Source: Chromera velia (Eukaryota). From it: DNA of 64,000 bases. The position numbers and the translations under genes are program-made. The stretch lies in NCBI GenBank assembly GCA_018398765.1, contig JAHBMJ010000310.1, positions 1 to 64,000 of the forward strand. Reading direction: 5' to 3'. A model generated the notes under the pieces. It did no database searches and was not told where the DNA came from. It saw only the letters and a program-made list of their open reading frames with translations. Shown in pieces: positions 49,412 through 61,600 of the stretch (its first letter is position 1; each line of letters opens with the position of its first letter).

Positions 49412-51145
49412 TAAATCGGTGGCTGGGTGGGTGGGTGGGTGCAGGGGAGAAGAGAAAGAGGGAAAGAGAGAGACAACGAGCGAGAGAAAGGAACAGAAGA
49501 AGAAAGTGAAAGGAAAGAAAAAAAAAAAAAGAAAAGAAAGAAAGAAGGAAAGGAAGAAGAAAAAGAAAGAAGGAAAGAAAGCAAGAAAACCAGAAAGAAA
49601 AGAAAAGAAAACAGAAAGAGAGCATTCCATCCCTGCCAACCAACCAACCGGAATGTCGTTCTTCCAACACCAGTAGTAGAGAGACTCCTCGTTACCGATA
49701 CGCTCACCCAGTCGGTGGATCATCTGAACATTCGGTGAACCATGCAATGAATCAATCGTTCCATCCATCCTTCCTTCCTTCCTTCCTTCCTTCCTTCATT
49801 ATTCATTGACACTCACTCAAAAGAATCACAGCAGACGACATCACGAAAGGGAACGAGGAAAGAGGGACGACTGGCTGTACTACGGCTCTCTACTGAGGGG
49901 AGTGAAGGGAAGCGGATGCAAAGGCTTCCTTCCCTTCCCCCTTTCCCGCCTCACAAACATACAAACACTGAAGAGGACAAAATGAAGGAGAAAGACGAGG
50001 ACGTTTCCCACACAGAGGCAAGTGAGGAAAAATCGAAAATAGAAAATGGGAAAAACAAAAGGCAGCAGATGAAACGGGGAGTCTGTTGTCTTGCCCCAAA
50101 GAAACACCCCTGCCCTCCCACTCAGATACACAGAGGGAGGAGTGAGGAAGTGAGGGAGAGCGAGCGAGCGAGTCGCATTCTCAGCAGGCGAGAAAGAAAG
50201 ACACCTGTCCTCAATGATGTTTCTTCCTTTCTCTGCTGAATGACCTTGCTGGGTGTCCACAGTTCTCCCTTCTCCTGCTCCTCCCACATTTCATCCAACA
50301 AAGGCTGCAGCCACTCCTCGAAGAGAATGTAGTTCTTGTTTGGCACCAGCATGTTCCCAATCCGGTTCCACCCCTTTGCTCTCAGCTCTGCGCCCTTCAA
50401 ACTGTAGTCACCCACCACCGTTGGGGCGAGGCACTTAATAATGTCCTCCTCCACCCCCCCTGCCGAAGTACAGATCACGTCCACGAGCTTGTGCTTCGCG
50501 AGGAAGACAAAGATCTCCCGCAACCCTGCAGGAACAGATGCAAGAAAAACACCTTTTGAAGAGGACAGGCAGATAAAAAGGCGGGAAGACAGAGAGACAG
50601 GCAGCGACATGCAGGCAGACGGATTTTATACACGCATCCACATCAAGGGAAAAGAGGAAGCAAGCGACAGAGCGCTGAGCGACGGTATGAGAGAGGATCC
50701 CGAATCGCGTCGTTGAAGGTGAGCCGCATGCCCCAGTATTTTGCCAAAGTCACCGCAGATTACCAGAGAGGCGATGCCATTCTGGAGCATCCCAACACAT
50801 CCGTCTACGTGGACACAACATGCACAGTTGAAATGCAATGGCCTCAAGACTCATCAACTCACCTGAAGATATCAAATTGGATGTGAAGGTCAGCCAGATT
50901 TTGCATCCCGTCTCCGAAGCCAGTTCTCCAGGTTGCCTTCCCTCCAGCATCTCATTGACGATCTCGACTGCACGGCCGACATTGGTGGCCTGAAAGCCGA
51001 ACGTCTTGTAATTGTCCATCAGTTCTGTCACTGTCATTTCCTTCTTTTCTTCTTTTTCAAAGTCTGGTCCCTTGATCACAGAGGCATCCTCACCCATAGG
51101 TTCGGACTCTTGGAGCACTGCAGCTGCACCCGTTGAGCTGCTCAT
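47034..51145 (-). CDS. DHS: Deoxyhypusine synthase, multi-exon
   Basis: Exons 51145-50863 ([10 protein letters not shown]...[10 protein letters not shown]), 50525-50245 (LREIF...[17 protein letters not shown]...[13 protein letters not shown]), then [35 protein letters not shown]...[24 protein letters not shown] and [21 protein letters not shown] with the catalytic Lys. Stop at 47034. Confidence 0.95.
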
Positions 51146-51879
51146 TGTGTATCTCGCGCTTCTCCCTTTCCTTTACTTTCTTTCCCGTCTCTTGCAACAC
51201 GACTTTCTGTTGTAGATCTTTGACCGCTACCGCTTTCCGTTTTTGCAGATTCAGTGGGAAATCCGAACCAACCGCCTTGAAGGAAGAGTCAGTGGTGTCT
51301 GCCATCAAGAGAAAACTGGAGCATCAGATCTGCAACCCAGAACTCATGGAGTGGTCTAATTTTAAGTTCTTCGAAGTTACGGATCTGCAAAGCCAAAAGG
51401 AGACGGCATGATTCCATGCAATCGGATCGAATATGATCGAATCGGATGAGCCGCCGCCGCGCGCGGTATGCGCACCGAAATGCACCGAATTAAGAAGAGT
51501 TTGTTCCAAAGTCACTTGGACGCGCGATCGTGGCCGGGATCGAGCCGGCCGTCTCCGGCCAGCACTGAGCATGCAAAAAACTGAGCCAAGTGGTCAATTC
51601 GATCAATCTGATCTCCTCAACCGACACTATCAGAGAAGGCCCCACCGTCATCTAACCGCAGCATGCATACAAACTTCTGATACTAAGATCAAGATTGCAG
51701 GATTAGTTCAATCGGCCTTCGTGGGGCTGTCCTGCTTTTTGCATCGGTCTGACAGTGACTTGTCTCAAGAACGAGACGGGGAAATTTTCAACGCGTTTCC
51801 CCACAGGTTTGTGCACCTTGCTTTTCCGCTCCGCCCCCCCAGCTTAGTGCTTGTGCCCGGTGCTCCGTAATAAATAGTG

Positions 51880-54086
51880 ATGGAAGGAGGCAATTTTGAA
51901 GTCCTCACCTCGCTGAGAGATGACAGAGATGTCCAGAGGAGCAAACCTCTGTGGCAACGAGGCGGTTTTATCCTTGCAGTCTCCGTCGCCTGTCTTATCG
52001 CTGTCGTTTTAATCTTCCGGCACCCGAGCCACGCAAGCGGTGGAAACCCCGTAAGCGGTGCCAAGGGGGCTGGGGGGTCCGTTCCTTTGTCGCTTGCAGC
52101 AGCGGGAGGGGGGGAAGAAAAGGCGGGCATCCGCATCGCCTGCGATGACCCTATGTACTCGAAAAAGGTCCTGAAGACCGTGTACGAGAATTCGTACTTC
52201 GGTCTTCTTCACAAGACTTACGGACAACAGAAATTCGAGGCGTCGGACATCAAATATGTGGGTGACAACTTTTATGCGGTGTGTGACAGTTCGTGGGGGT
52301 TGGGGAAGTTCGAGCGGAGTTTGCAGCCCTTTGGGGAGAAGAACGTTGAGTTGTGGGGAGAGGGGAAGGAGGAGCTCGAGGGGGATGCCGCAGAATCCCA
52401 ATGGGAGGCGATTGTGTATGATGACAAGACAGGCATGTTCATTGGCATTCAGGAAGCGATGCCAAAGGAAGACGAGGAGGCTGCTGAGGAGTCATTGGAG
52501 TCGTTGGTAGAGGAGGTTGAAGAGAAGGGGGAAGAGGGCGCAGATATCCTCACACAGGAGACCGACACTGCTGCAGAAAAGGCAGCGGCAGGGGAGGGAG
52601 AGGTCGTCTCAAAGCCTCAGGCCGCGACGTCCCTCCGTTCGTCGACTTCTAAGCGTCGTCTGAGCACTCCCGTAGCTGATGTGTACACAGCCATCATGCA
52701 AGAATTGAAATTGGATGAAGAGAACGGATCGTATGCGATCACAAAAGAATGTCCATCTGAGTTTACTTTCACAAACGGAAATAAGGGATTTGAGGGAGCG
52801 GCAGGGCTTCGCATGAAGTCAGGAGAGCTTCTGATCCTTGCCGTGTGTGAGGGGAATCATTGTGAGGGTGGGAAGAAGGGGAAGGAGGTAGGAAATGGGT
52901 TGGGGGTGCTGATGAAGAAGGAGGAAGACAAAGACGGAAGTTGCATCTGGAAGACCTTGAAGACAGTGAATCTTCCCAAGGCTGCAGAGTTTGTGGACTA
53001 TTCTGCCCTTGCCATCAAGGGCAAGCGTGTGGCAGTGACCTCACAAGAGAACAGTGCCGTGTGGCTGGGAGAGCTGGAGGGTGTGGACAAGGACGGTGTG
53101 GTGGCGGACCCGAAGAAGGTTGCGTTCTCTGACAAGGGGGAGGTCATGTTCTTCCCCAGAGACACCAACTGCATGGTCAGATTGAGCAACAGGCAGTCAG
53201 GACACACAGAAAACCGATACACAGATGCAGAGAGACGTACAAACACACAGACAGACAGACAGACAGAGCCGTAGACGTTGACAGACGCTCCACTGAGATC
53301 GCCTGATTTCCTCCTTTCTGCTTGTCTCCCACTTCCTTTCGGTCCCCCAGCGTCCCTCCTTAGCTGTATCTCTTCTCACTTCTCCCCTTACCCCACAGTA
53401 CATCCGTCATGCCGGTCTCAATGCGTCTCATTGTGTTCCCCCCCCCTTTTTTGCTGCATTGGTGTGGACTTGGGTGTGCGGTTCTCGCTTTCTCACCCCG
53501 CCCCGCCCTTTCCGCTTTGTTCGCGTATGTTTTGGCGGCTATTGGGCTGCCTGCCTGCTTCCAAGATCGGATTCTCAGAAAGGAAAGAAGTACAAAGCAA
53601 AAACGCCACACATGCACTCCATCTCTGTATTCTCTTGAATGCCCATCGGTGAACGAATGAGTGAGTGAATAAATGCATGCATGCATGCATGCATTGCTGG
53701 TCATCTGTGCGTTTTTTGACGCGCGAATGAAGGGATTGACGGATGAATGGATGGATGGATGGACGGATGGATGGATGGATACATAAATAGATATCCATGC
53801 CTGCTTTGAATCACGGGTGACTGCAGCTACGTGTACGGATGCATGTATGTTTGGATGCTCATATGTACGGATGCATCGGTACAACACTGTAGGTGTGCGA
53901 CTGCATGGATTGTATGCTGCATGCATGCATGGATGGCTGCAGGAGCTATACTGCAACGTGGAGGGTATTGACTTCATCAACGAGCACCTTCTGGTAGCAG
54001 CGAGTGACCAGATGAAGAAGAGAGGCAGACAGGACTTCCGCTGTCTGGCCAAGGACCAGTCTGTGCATGTGTTCCAAATTCCTTGA
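51880..54086 (+). CDS. Uncharacterised type II membrane protein with probable lumenal or extracellular beta-propeller (SdiA-regulated/phytase-like resemblance), 2 exons
   Basis: N-terminal TM GFILAVSVACLIAVVLIF. Recurring blade-like motifs FEASDI, WEAIVY, NKGFEGA, DYSALAI and CNVEGIDF. Exons 51880-53175 and 53943-54086 join in phase 0 (FPRDTNCM/ELYCNVEG...SVHVFQIP*). Confidence 0.75.
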
Positions 54087-55426
54087 AGGAACAACGAAAC
54101 AGGCAGGCAGTCAGGCAGACAGCTTGGAGCAGAAATCCAGACGAAGAGACACACCGACACTGAGGCAGCCAACTAGGGAGGAATAAGAGAGAGACAGACG
54201 GACACTTCCGAGAACAGCGAGAAAAACGGACGCGCACATAGAGAGACAGGCTGGCAGACAGGCAGATAGATGCCGACAGAGAGGACCTTCCTACAGAGTG
54301 ACATCTGCATGCGAGCAAGCAACGTCAGATGCGCGAAATTTGTGCGTGAGCGATTCAAAATGGACAGAGCAAGTAGGGATACAGGCGTAGACAGACGGGA
54401 AAACAAAATTAATGAAGGAACGAACAAAGGAAAGCAGGAGCGAAGAACCGATCAATGATGGGTCACGTCTCAGAAGTCCCCGCGAGGGTGCGCACGTACG
54501 TGTGAATTCGTTAGTTTCTCCCATGTATGTATTCGATGCCCCCCCTCTCTTGACAGATCCCCCAGTCGACACGTCCACTTAATTGTTTGATGGTGTCAAT
54601 GGTACGGTTGTTGCATGGGGCACTTCATTGCTCCTGGAAGTTTCAAGGGAACTCGGCACAGCTGACGGGGGAGTTCTTTTTTCCGCTGCGTTTTCCTCTC
54701 AGCAGCTTGGGGGGTGGGCATCTCCTTTTGTCATTGGTTGTCTTGCGTCGCATGTTGTGCTCGGTGCTTGGAATGCCAAGCTTCCTGAGGTTAAAATGGA
54801 GCATTAGCCGCATCATCACTAGCACCATCACGACAGGCGCTAGGACAGGCGATTCATGTTGTTGAGACTCAATTAACTTGAGAGAATTTCAGGAGATGAA
54901 TTAATGTCTTTGTTAATGTCCAGACTTCTTCTCAACCTAGTTCTCAACGTTGTTAGTGACAGTTGGTCTATGAAAATATATTAATCTCATTTGTTTGCAT
55001 GAACGACGATGAACGAATTAAGCTTTTCTTCAAAAGCAATGCGTAAATAAAAAAAAAACTTTGATTCCAAATAAACTAAATTTTCTAATAATAGTATAAT
55101 GAACCCTTCAAATTCTAACCGAAATTTCGCTATTTTTTTATTTGATGAGTATTAACTAGAGTATTAATTGATTTTCTACTATCACACATAGTTAAAACTT
55201 GAATTTAGACTTCAATTACCTCCCTGCCCATACCTTAGCTTATTTTTTCCCCTTCTGGCTGTTATAATGCTCTGATTGTCCAGAAGCGGTTTTGTTCAGA
55301 AAACGGAAATGATGAAACTCTGTTAGATCAGATGCAGTGAACATGCAGTCTTGTCGTGAGGCCCACTGGGGCTGAATTCAGTGTACGCTGGAGCTGGTAA
55401 CGCATTTATCCATGCATGGAGCCGGT

Positions 55427-55669
55427 TAGGGATGGTATACGTATTACTGGGCCCGCGGCCGCGCCCAGTCTTCGAGTACCGAGGCCCGGTCCCGGCCCGG
55501 CGCGCGCCTGGCCACATAGTAGTCCTTCACAAATTAATATTCACAAGCTCTAAGCAGGCCGATACTAACCGATACTCGGCCGCTCAAGAAAGAGCCGATA
55601 GTCGATACTTTGATACCGATACCGATACTAGTACGATATGATATGATATCGATACGATAGCTATCCCTA
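55427..55669. mobile_element. Possible small hAT-like MITE remnant with CGATAC subterminal repeats
   Basis: TAGGGATGG at 55427 and ctatcccta ending at 55669. Many (c)gatac(t) repeats at 55560-55660 and a GC-rich core. No matching 8-bp TSD. Confidence 0.4.
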
Positions 55670-56291
55670 ATAATTAATATAATATCATACTTTAGCGGGG
55701 GCCCTTGCTTTCAACATGATTAAGCTTTTGCAAGCCCACCTATTTGGCATAGGTAAGCAGAATCTAAACTTCGCGCTAGACTTTGCGGGCCCCCACCTTT
55801 AAGTTTTTAACACAGTCCACCTCTGATAGCGTTTGGCCGTAAAAGCACTACTGGTAAAAAAATGGCTTTGGAATCGGTATGTCAAAAAAGAGTATAAGTA
55901 AAGTTAGACAACGTGATACTACACAACCTAAATTCATTCCTTACATTTTTTCCCCCTCTAAGATTTATGTTAGAACTTAGAAATCAATGCAAATTTTTTT
56001 TTAGACTTCTCTTTTACTAATTATTATTATGTAGAATTATTGATCTTTCGGTATTCTCACATCTTTGTATAATGTTTTCGTTGTCAATGTTGCCCGTTAT
56101 CTGAAGCAAAATCGGTTCTAGCTTTGCCAGAAAGTTAATTCTGCGTAGCAAGTCCAAGTTACACTGTCCAACTTGTTGCTTTTTCAATTAAACTCTGTCG
56201 CTCAGCGCTGCCGCAGTTTCCAGGGAATCGGATTCCTCCACGGACACTACGCACTGCTCAGGCAGCCGCTCTGCACACTCACTCACACTCA

Positions 56292-56329
<38 letters not shown>

Positions 56330-56827
56330 GGGAGAGAGAGGTGGGACACGAAGAAGAACGTCCCCCCGAGTTCAAACTGCCGTAAGTCGGTTGAAAGCTG
56401 CGAGCGAGCATCTAAGCAATTGCCGGGCCAACCTCCTGGGTGTACAAAAAAGCAAGGACATGCTCTTAAACGATCATATCACATGGGCCCCGCTACGCCC
56501 CCACTGCCAGCGGAATCCTTCAGATCAGTTGCTCAGTTGCCAAGTCGCGGCGGGCTACCCGTCAAAGAGCCGAGCTGCCAGTCAAGCAAGAAACCGATTC
56601 GGCGAAGAGATGAATGAGCAGGGAAGTACGCTGCATGGTCTACCATGTTCGGAGTGACTGCGTGACCGGAGGCAAACGATCATCAGCAAAGGAGTAGAAG
56701 AAACGTAGAGTCGTACAGACCAGAATACTGTAGACCGACGGACCTGAAGAACCTCAAGCACTTCTGCTCATATTTTCACTCATTCATCTAGTTGATTCTC
56801 TTTTCCCTGATTGATTCGTCTGCTTGT

Positions 56828-57956
56828 TTACGGAGCTGTGCGTTTTTGCGCTTTCTGTGTTGTTCTTCTCCTTGTGTGACTTGCTTTGCACGCGGGGTCA
56901 TCTAACTCCCTTGACAGACTGTGCGCGAGTGCGAAGACAGCTAGCTTACCGAGAAGTTCCTGTAAGGCGTCCCTGAGGAGGGCGATGGCTGCCTGTTCAG
57001 TCTCCAGGATGATGACCGTCCTGGGTCTGGACTTCTCCTCTCGGAAGATCGGATAGCTCCCGAAGGAGACTGAGGGAAACCGGGAGACAATCTCGTTCAG
57101 GAGAGACACAAGCTTCTCCTCCTGGAGGGCCACAGTCACCTGAGTCATTCAGTGATTCATTGAGTGATTGATTGATTGTACGGAATAGAGGCGTGCGCAT
57201 GGGTGCAGGAAGCAGACAGACAAAAGGGCATGGGTTACAATTGAGGGAATCCATCAGTGGAGCAACCAAGCGGAGAGGAAAGGAGAGGAGAGGAGAGGAG
57301 AGGAGAGGAGGGGAGGGAAGGATTGTCTGAGGAAGGTAAATGCGACTGAGAGGCAGACAGCTGCTACCTGCCCATGCATGACATGAATTGCACGGGGGCA
57401 GAAGAGATAGATGGCAGAGAACCAACCCTGTGGTTGCCGTCTTGGCCCGTACATTAATTTTCTTGCTCGCTTAATTCCCTTCTGATGGTGGCTCGCTGAC
57501 CCAATGCAATGAGCACAGAGCACAGGAGAGCTCTCGAGCCTGCCGACCTTTCTTGTCGCTTTCGGTCGCGGTTTCCCAAGCCAGGAGCTGCAATTGGTTG
57601 GCACACCATGCATGTAAATAAACAAAATCGGAGGCTCCAAAAAATACCTAGAAGCTGAGGGTACCCAATCTCGCATAGCATCTGAGGTCGATGGGTAGAG
57701 GAGAGAGGCTCAATGACTGAATGAGAGTGCAAATGGAAGAAGAAATTGATGAAACGCAAACAGGAAAGAGGCAAAGAGAAGCCACGGAGGACGGCATCTC
57801 GAAACGTTCCCGCTTTGCAATCCGCTCTCCCCCAACCAAGCCAGCATCTTACCCGCATATGACGTCCATCTTTGCTGCGAAGAATTTGGGAACTCCGGGC
57901 AAAACGAAGACTCTGTCGATCTGCATGCAGAAAGAAAGAAAGAAAGAAAGCAAGAC

Positions 57957-58009
<53 letters not shown>

Positions 58010-58062
58010 AAGAAAGAAAGAAGAAAAGAAAGAAAGAAAGAAAGAAAGAAAGAAAAAAAGAG

Positions 58063-58093
<31 letters not shown>

Positions 58094-58142
58094 ACGAGAG
58101 AGAGAGAGAGAGAGAGAAAGAAAGAAAGAAAGAAAGAAAGAG

Positions 58143-58177
<35 letters not shown>

Positions 58178-58186
58178 ACGAGAGAG

Positions 58187-58229
<43 letters not shown>

Positions 58230-58230
58230 G

Positions 58231-58261
<31 letters not shown>

Positions 58262-58275
58262 GAGAAAGAGAGAAA

Positions 58276-58308
<33 letters not shown>

Positions 58309-58314
58309 CAAGAC

Positions 58315-58367
<53 letters not shown>

Positions 58368-58382
58368 AAGAAAGAAAGAAGA

Positions 58383-58414
<32 letters not shown>

Positions 58415-58422
58415 CAAGACAG

Positions 58423-58479
<57 letters not shown>

Positions 58480-58531
58480 AAGAAAGAAGAAAAGAAAGAA
58501 AGAAAGAAAGAAAAAAAGAGAGAAAGAAAAA

Positions 58532-58601
<70 letters not shown>

Positions 58602-58617
58602 AAGAAAGAAAGAAGGA

Positions 58618-58681
<64 letters not shown>

Positions 58682-61600
58682 GAGAAAGAAAGAGAGAAAG
58701 AGAGAAAGAAAGAAAGAAACAAAGAAACAAAGAAACAAAGAAAGAAAGAAAGAAAGACGATCAAGATGACAGGAACATGCCAGTACGAACAGACAAAAAG
58801 AAACCAGGTACGGCTGGTCGCTCGAGAAAGGTGACACGCTGCTGTTTTGAGACGTACGTTTCCAGTCCTCCTTTTGCATGCATCGTATTCCCTCGCCGGA
58901 GGAATGAAAAACAAAGCATGGTATTCCCTCGCCGGAGGAATGAAAAACAAAGCCCGTGCTAACAAAAAGGAGTCAGGGCCCCCGCATGCCCCACCCATCT
59001 GCACAGGCCGTCCCATGAAAAGCCGAAGAGTTCTTCGATGCCGGACTCAAACACGATTGTCCCCATGCACACACACATACCCAACTACTGGTTACACAGA
59101 TACATACCTGAAGCACTGGCCACGGTGACTTTTTGCCTGAGGTGTCAATCACATCTCTGAGAGTTGTAGAGGGAGGGAGCATCGCCATCTTCCTGTGGGC
59201 CTGCATTCACTCACTCACTCACTCACTCTCTCTCTCTCACACACAAACACTCACACACACCCACACGCACATACGCACACACACGTGTATAGACAGGCAT
59301 CGGTGTGCAAGATCGGCATGGTCTTCTTCTTTCAGGCTGAAGGCAGTTTTTGTTGTTCGTCCTCTTCTCTCCCCGCATGCGCACACAGAGACACCCTGAG
59401 GGGGAAACCTTGAGGCGTTTTCGCTTCTTCAATCGCATGGAGACAAAAGGGCTCACTCTGGGCCTCTGGAGCCCTGCCTCCATCCGGTCACACACACGCG
59501 CACACACACACGTACAGACAAAGAGAGAGAAAGAGAGGCAGAGAGACAGACAGAGAGGCAGACAGATAGACAGGCAGACAGACATTGCGAAAGAGAGACG
59601 GAGAAATAGAGAGAGGGAGAGCGAGAGAGAGTTAAGTCGACTCACAGGTGTAATTGCTGTCTCGTTGAGTTTGAATGCCTCTGCAATTCTTGACAGCATC
59701 TGCGCGTTCGGTTGCAGTTCTTCTCCCAGAGCGCTTGCCACTGCCCGGATTGTCACATCGTCGTGTGTAGCGCCGACACCCCCTGAGCAAGAATAAGAAC
59801 AGCAAAAGAGAAAAATGCCCAGAGTCGGACAGAAAAAACATGAGGGATAGATCGTGTGGCAAGCAACTCGAAGTCAAAAGAGTGTGGCATTGAAGCAACC
59901 AGAGAGAGTGATTTTCGTGGCTGACTCTAATCAAAAGCAAACACCTGCACCCATACCACGATTTCTGAAGGAACTGCATCCTCACTCATCCCTCGAAGAA
60001 CAACCCCCTGCAAATACCCACCAGAGGTGATGACCACATCGTATTTGTTCAGTTGTCTTCGCACTTCGTCTGTGATGGCCTGTTCCTCGTCGCCCACCAC
60101 GCAGATCCTTTGCATCTTCACACCTGCATGCAGGAAGAGGAACGATCAATCAATCGATCAATCAATCAACCAATCAATCAATCAATGAATCAGTCAGTCA
60201 ATCAATCAATCACGCGAATAAGGTCAGGCTCCTGGAACAACAAAAGACACCCGTGCACCTTCAACGTTTGTTGCATTAATTCAGCCGAAGAGGGTCAACC
60301 GACTCTGCACCCCCAACCGCAGATGTGCAGCTGAATGTCCGCCCAAAGGCTCTCCTCCCTATCTTCTTACGCTTCTCCCCTACCCGCCCTAACACCTCCT
60401 GACTCACCGACTGCGCGAAGTTTCCGCACCGCCAGGGGGCCATTCAAGTCGGCAGTCAAGCCCTTCAGGATTTCATCTCCGATGACTACAAGACCTGATA
60501 GCAAGAAGGGAGAAAGGCAAACAGGAACAGGTAGGCAAAGAGGCATGCAGAAAGAGGGGTTTCGACGAAAGGGCAGAAAAGGAGAAGAACGTACACAAGA
60601 AAAGCAGAGTCCGAGAAGGGCGAGGTGGGGAGAGGGGAAACGAGAGAGGCGCCAGCACAGGAATTAAACAGCTGAAGACCGACATCGGCATAAGCAGCTA
60701 GACGGAACACACACAAACACCTACCTGCGGTCTTCGCCTTCAGCAGTCTTCTGTTCACTCCAGATTCATCTGGCGGCCCAGACAGCTGACAGCGACTCAA
60801 GAGAAGAAAGAAGGAATGAATGAATGAAGGGATGAAGGAAGGAAGCAGTGAGGAACAGACGCACATGAAGAACACGGCTGCGCAAGAAGAAAGAAAAGAA
60901 GCGAAACGAGTGGCTGGATGGACGCTTCGTTGAATACAAAAAAGGACGTGACGTTGAAAGAGCGTAAGGAGGGGCAAATTCTAGAGAGGGAAGACGAGGA
61001 GATGGAGAAATCGACTCACCGCACTTGATGCAGCGCTTGAGTGTCTGAGAGGTGTGATCGAAGAAACCGCAGAGAAATCTCTTTTAGGTGACTCGGCAGG
61101 ACTGGGCACATTGATGCTAACTCCCTTTTCTGCATTCGCGTTAGTGGATGCGAATGCGAAGGCCTGTGCTGCGGTTTTTCCTTGTCCTTGTCCTGAATCT
61201 CCTGGAGGGGACGGGCTCTGCTGGGGAAGGTAAGGGGAGAGCCCAACGCTTTGTTCCTTCTCATCTTCTCCGTCTTGCATAGATTGCAAAGAGAGCGGTC
61301 TTCTATTCGCCGAAGCGCCGTCTCTGCCTGCCCTCTCCTTGCCCCAGTCTGTTTGATTCAGACAGTAGGCAGGGAGATAGCTGAGCTGATCGGCGCTGCC
61401 GGAGTTAATTCGAAGAAGAGCCGGGTTCGGCAGGGTGCTGCTCTTTCTGCATGCATGAATGAATGGATGCACAAGTCGGGGGCAGGAGGGAAGCATGCAC
61501 GCAAATGGATTTGCTGGGGAAAGAAAAAGAAAAACCGGGCGAGGGGAAAACCAAAAACGGGATGAAGGGAAAAGCCAAAGGAACGATGGTGATGTGACAG

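Noticed and set aside
57454..59016. Long ORFs of 290-520 aa (poly-KER or poly-SFFL)
   Set aside because: They are translations of the (GAAA)n/(GA)n intronic microsatellite.
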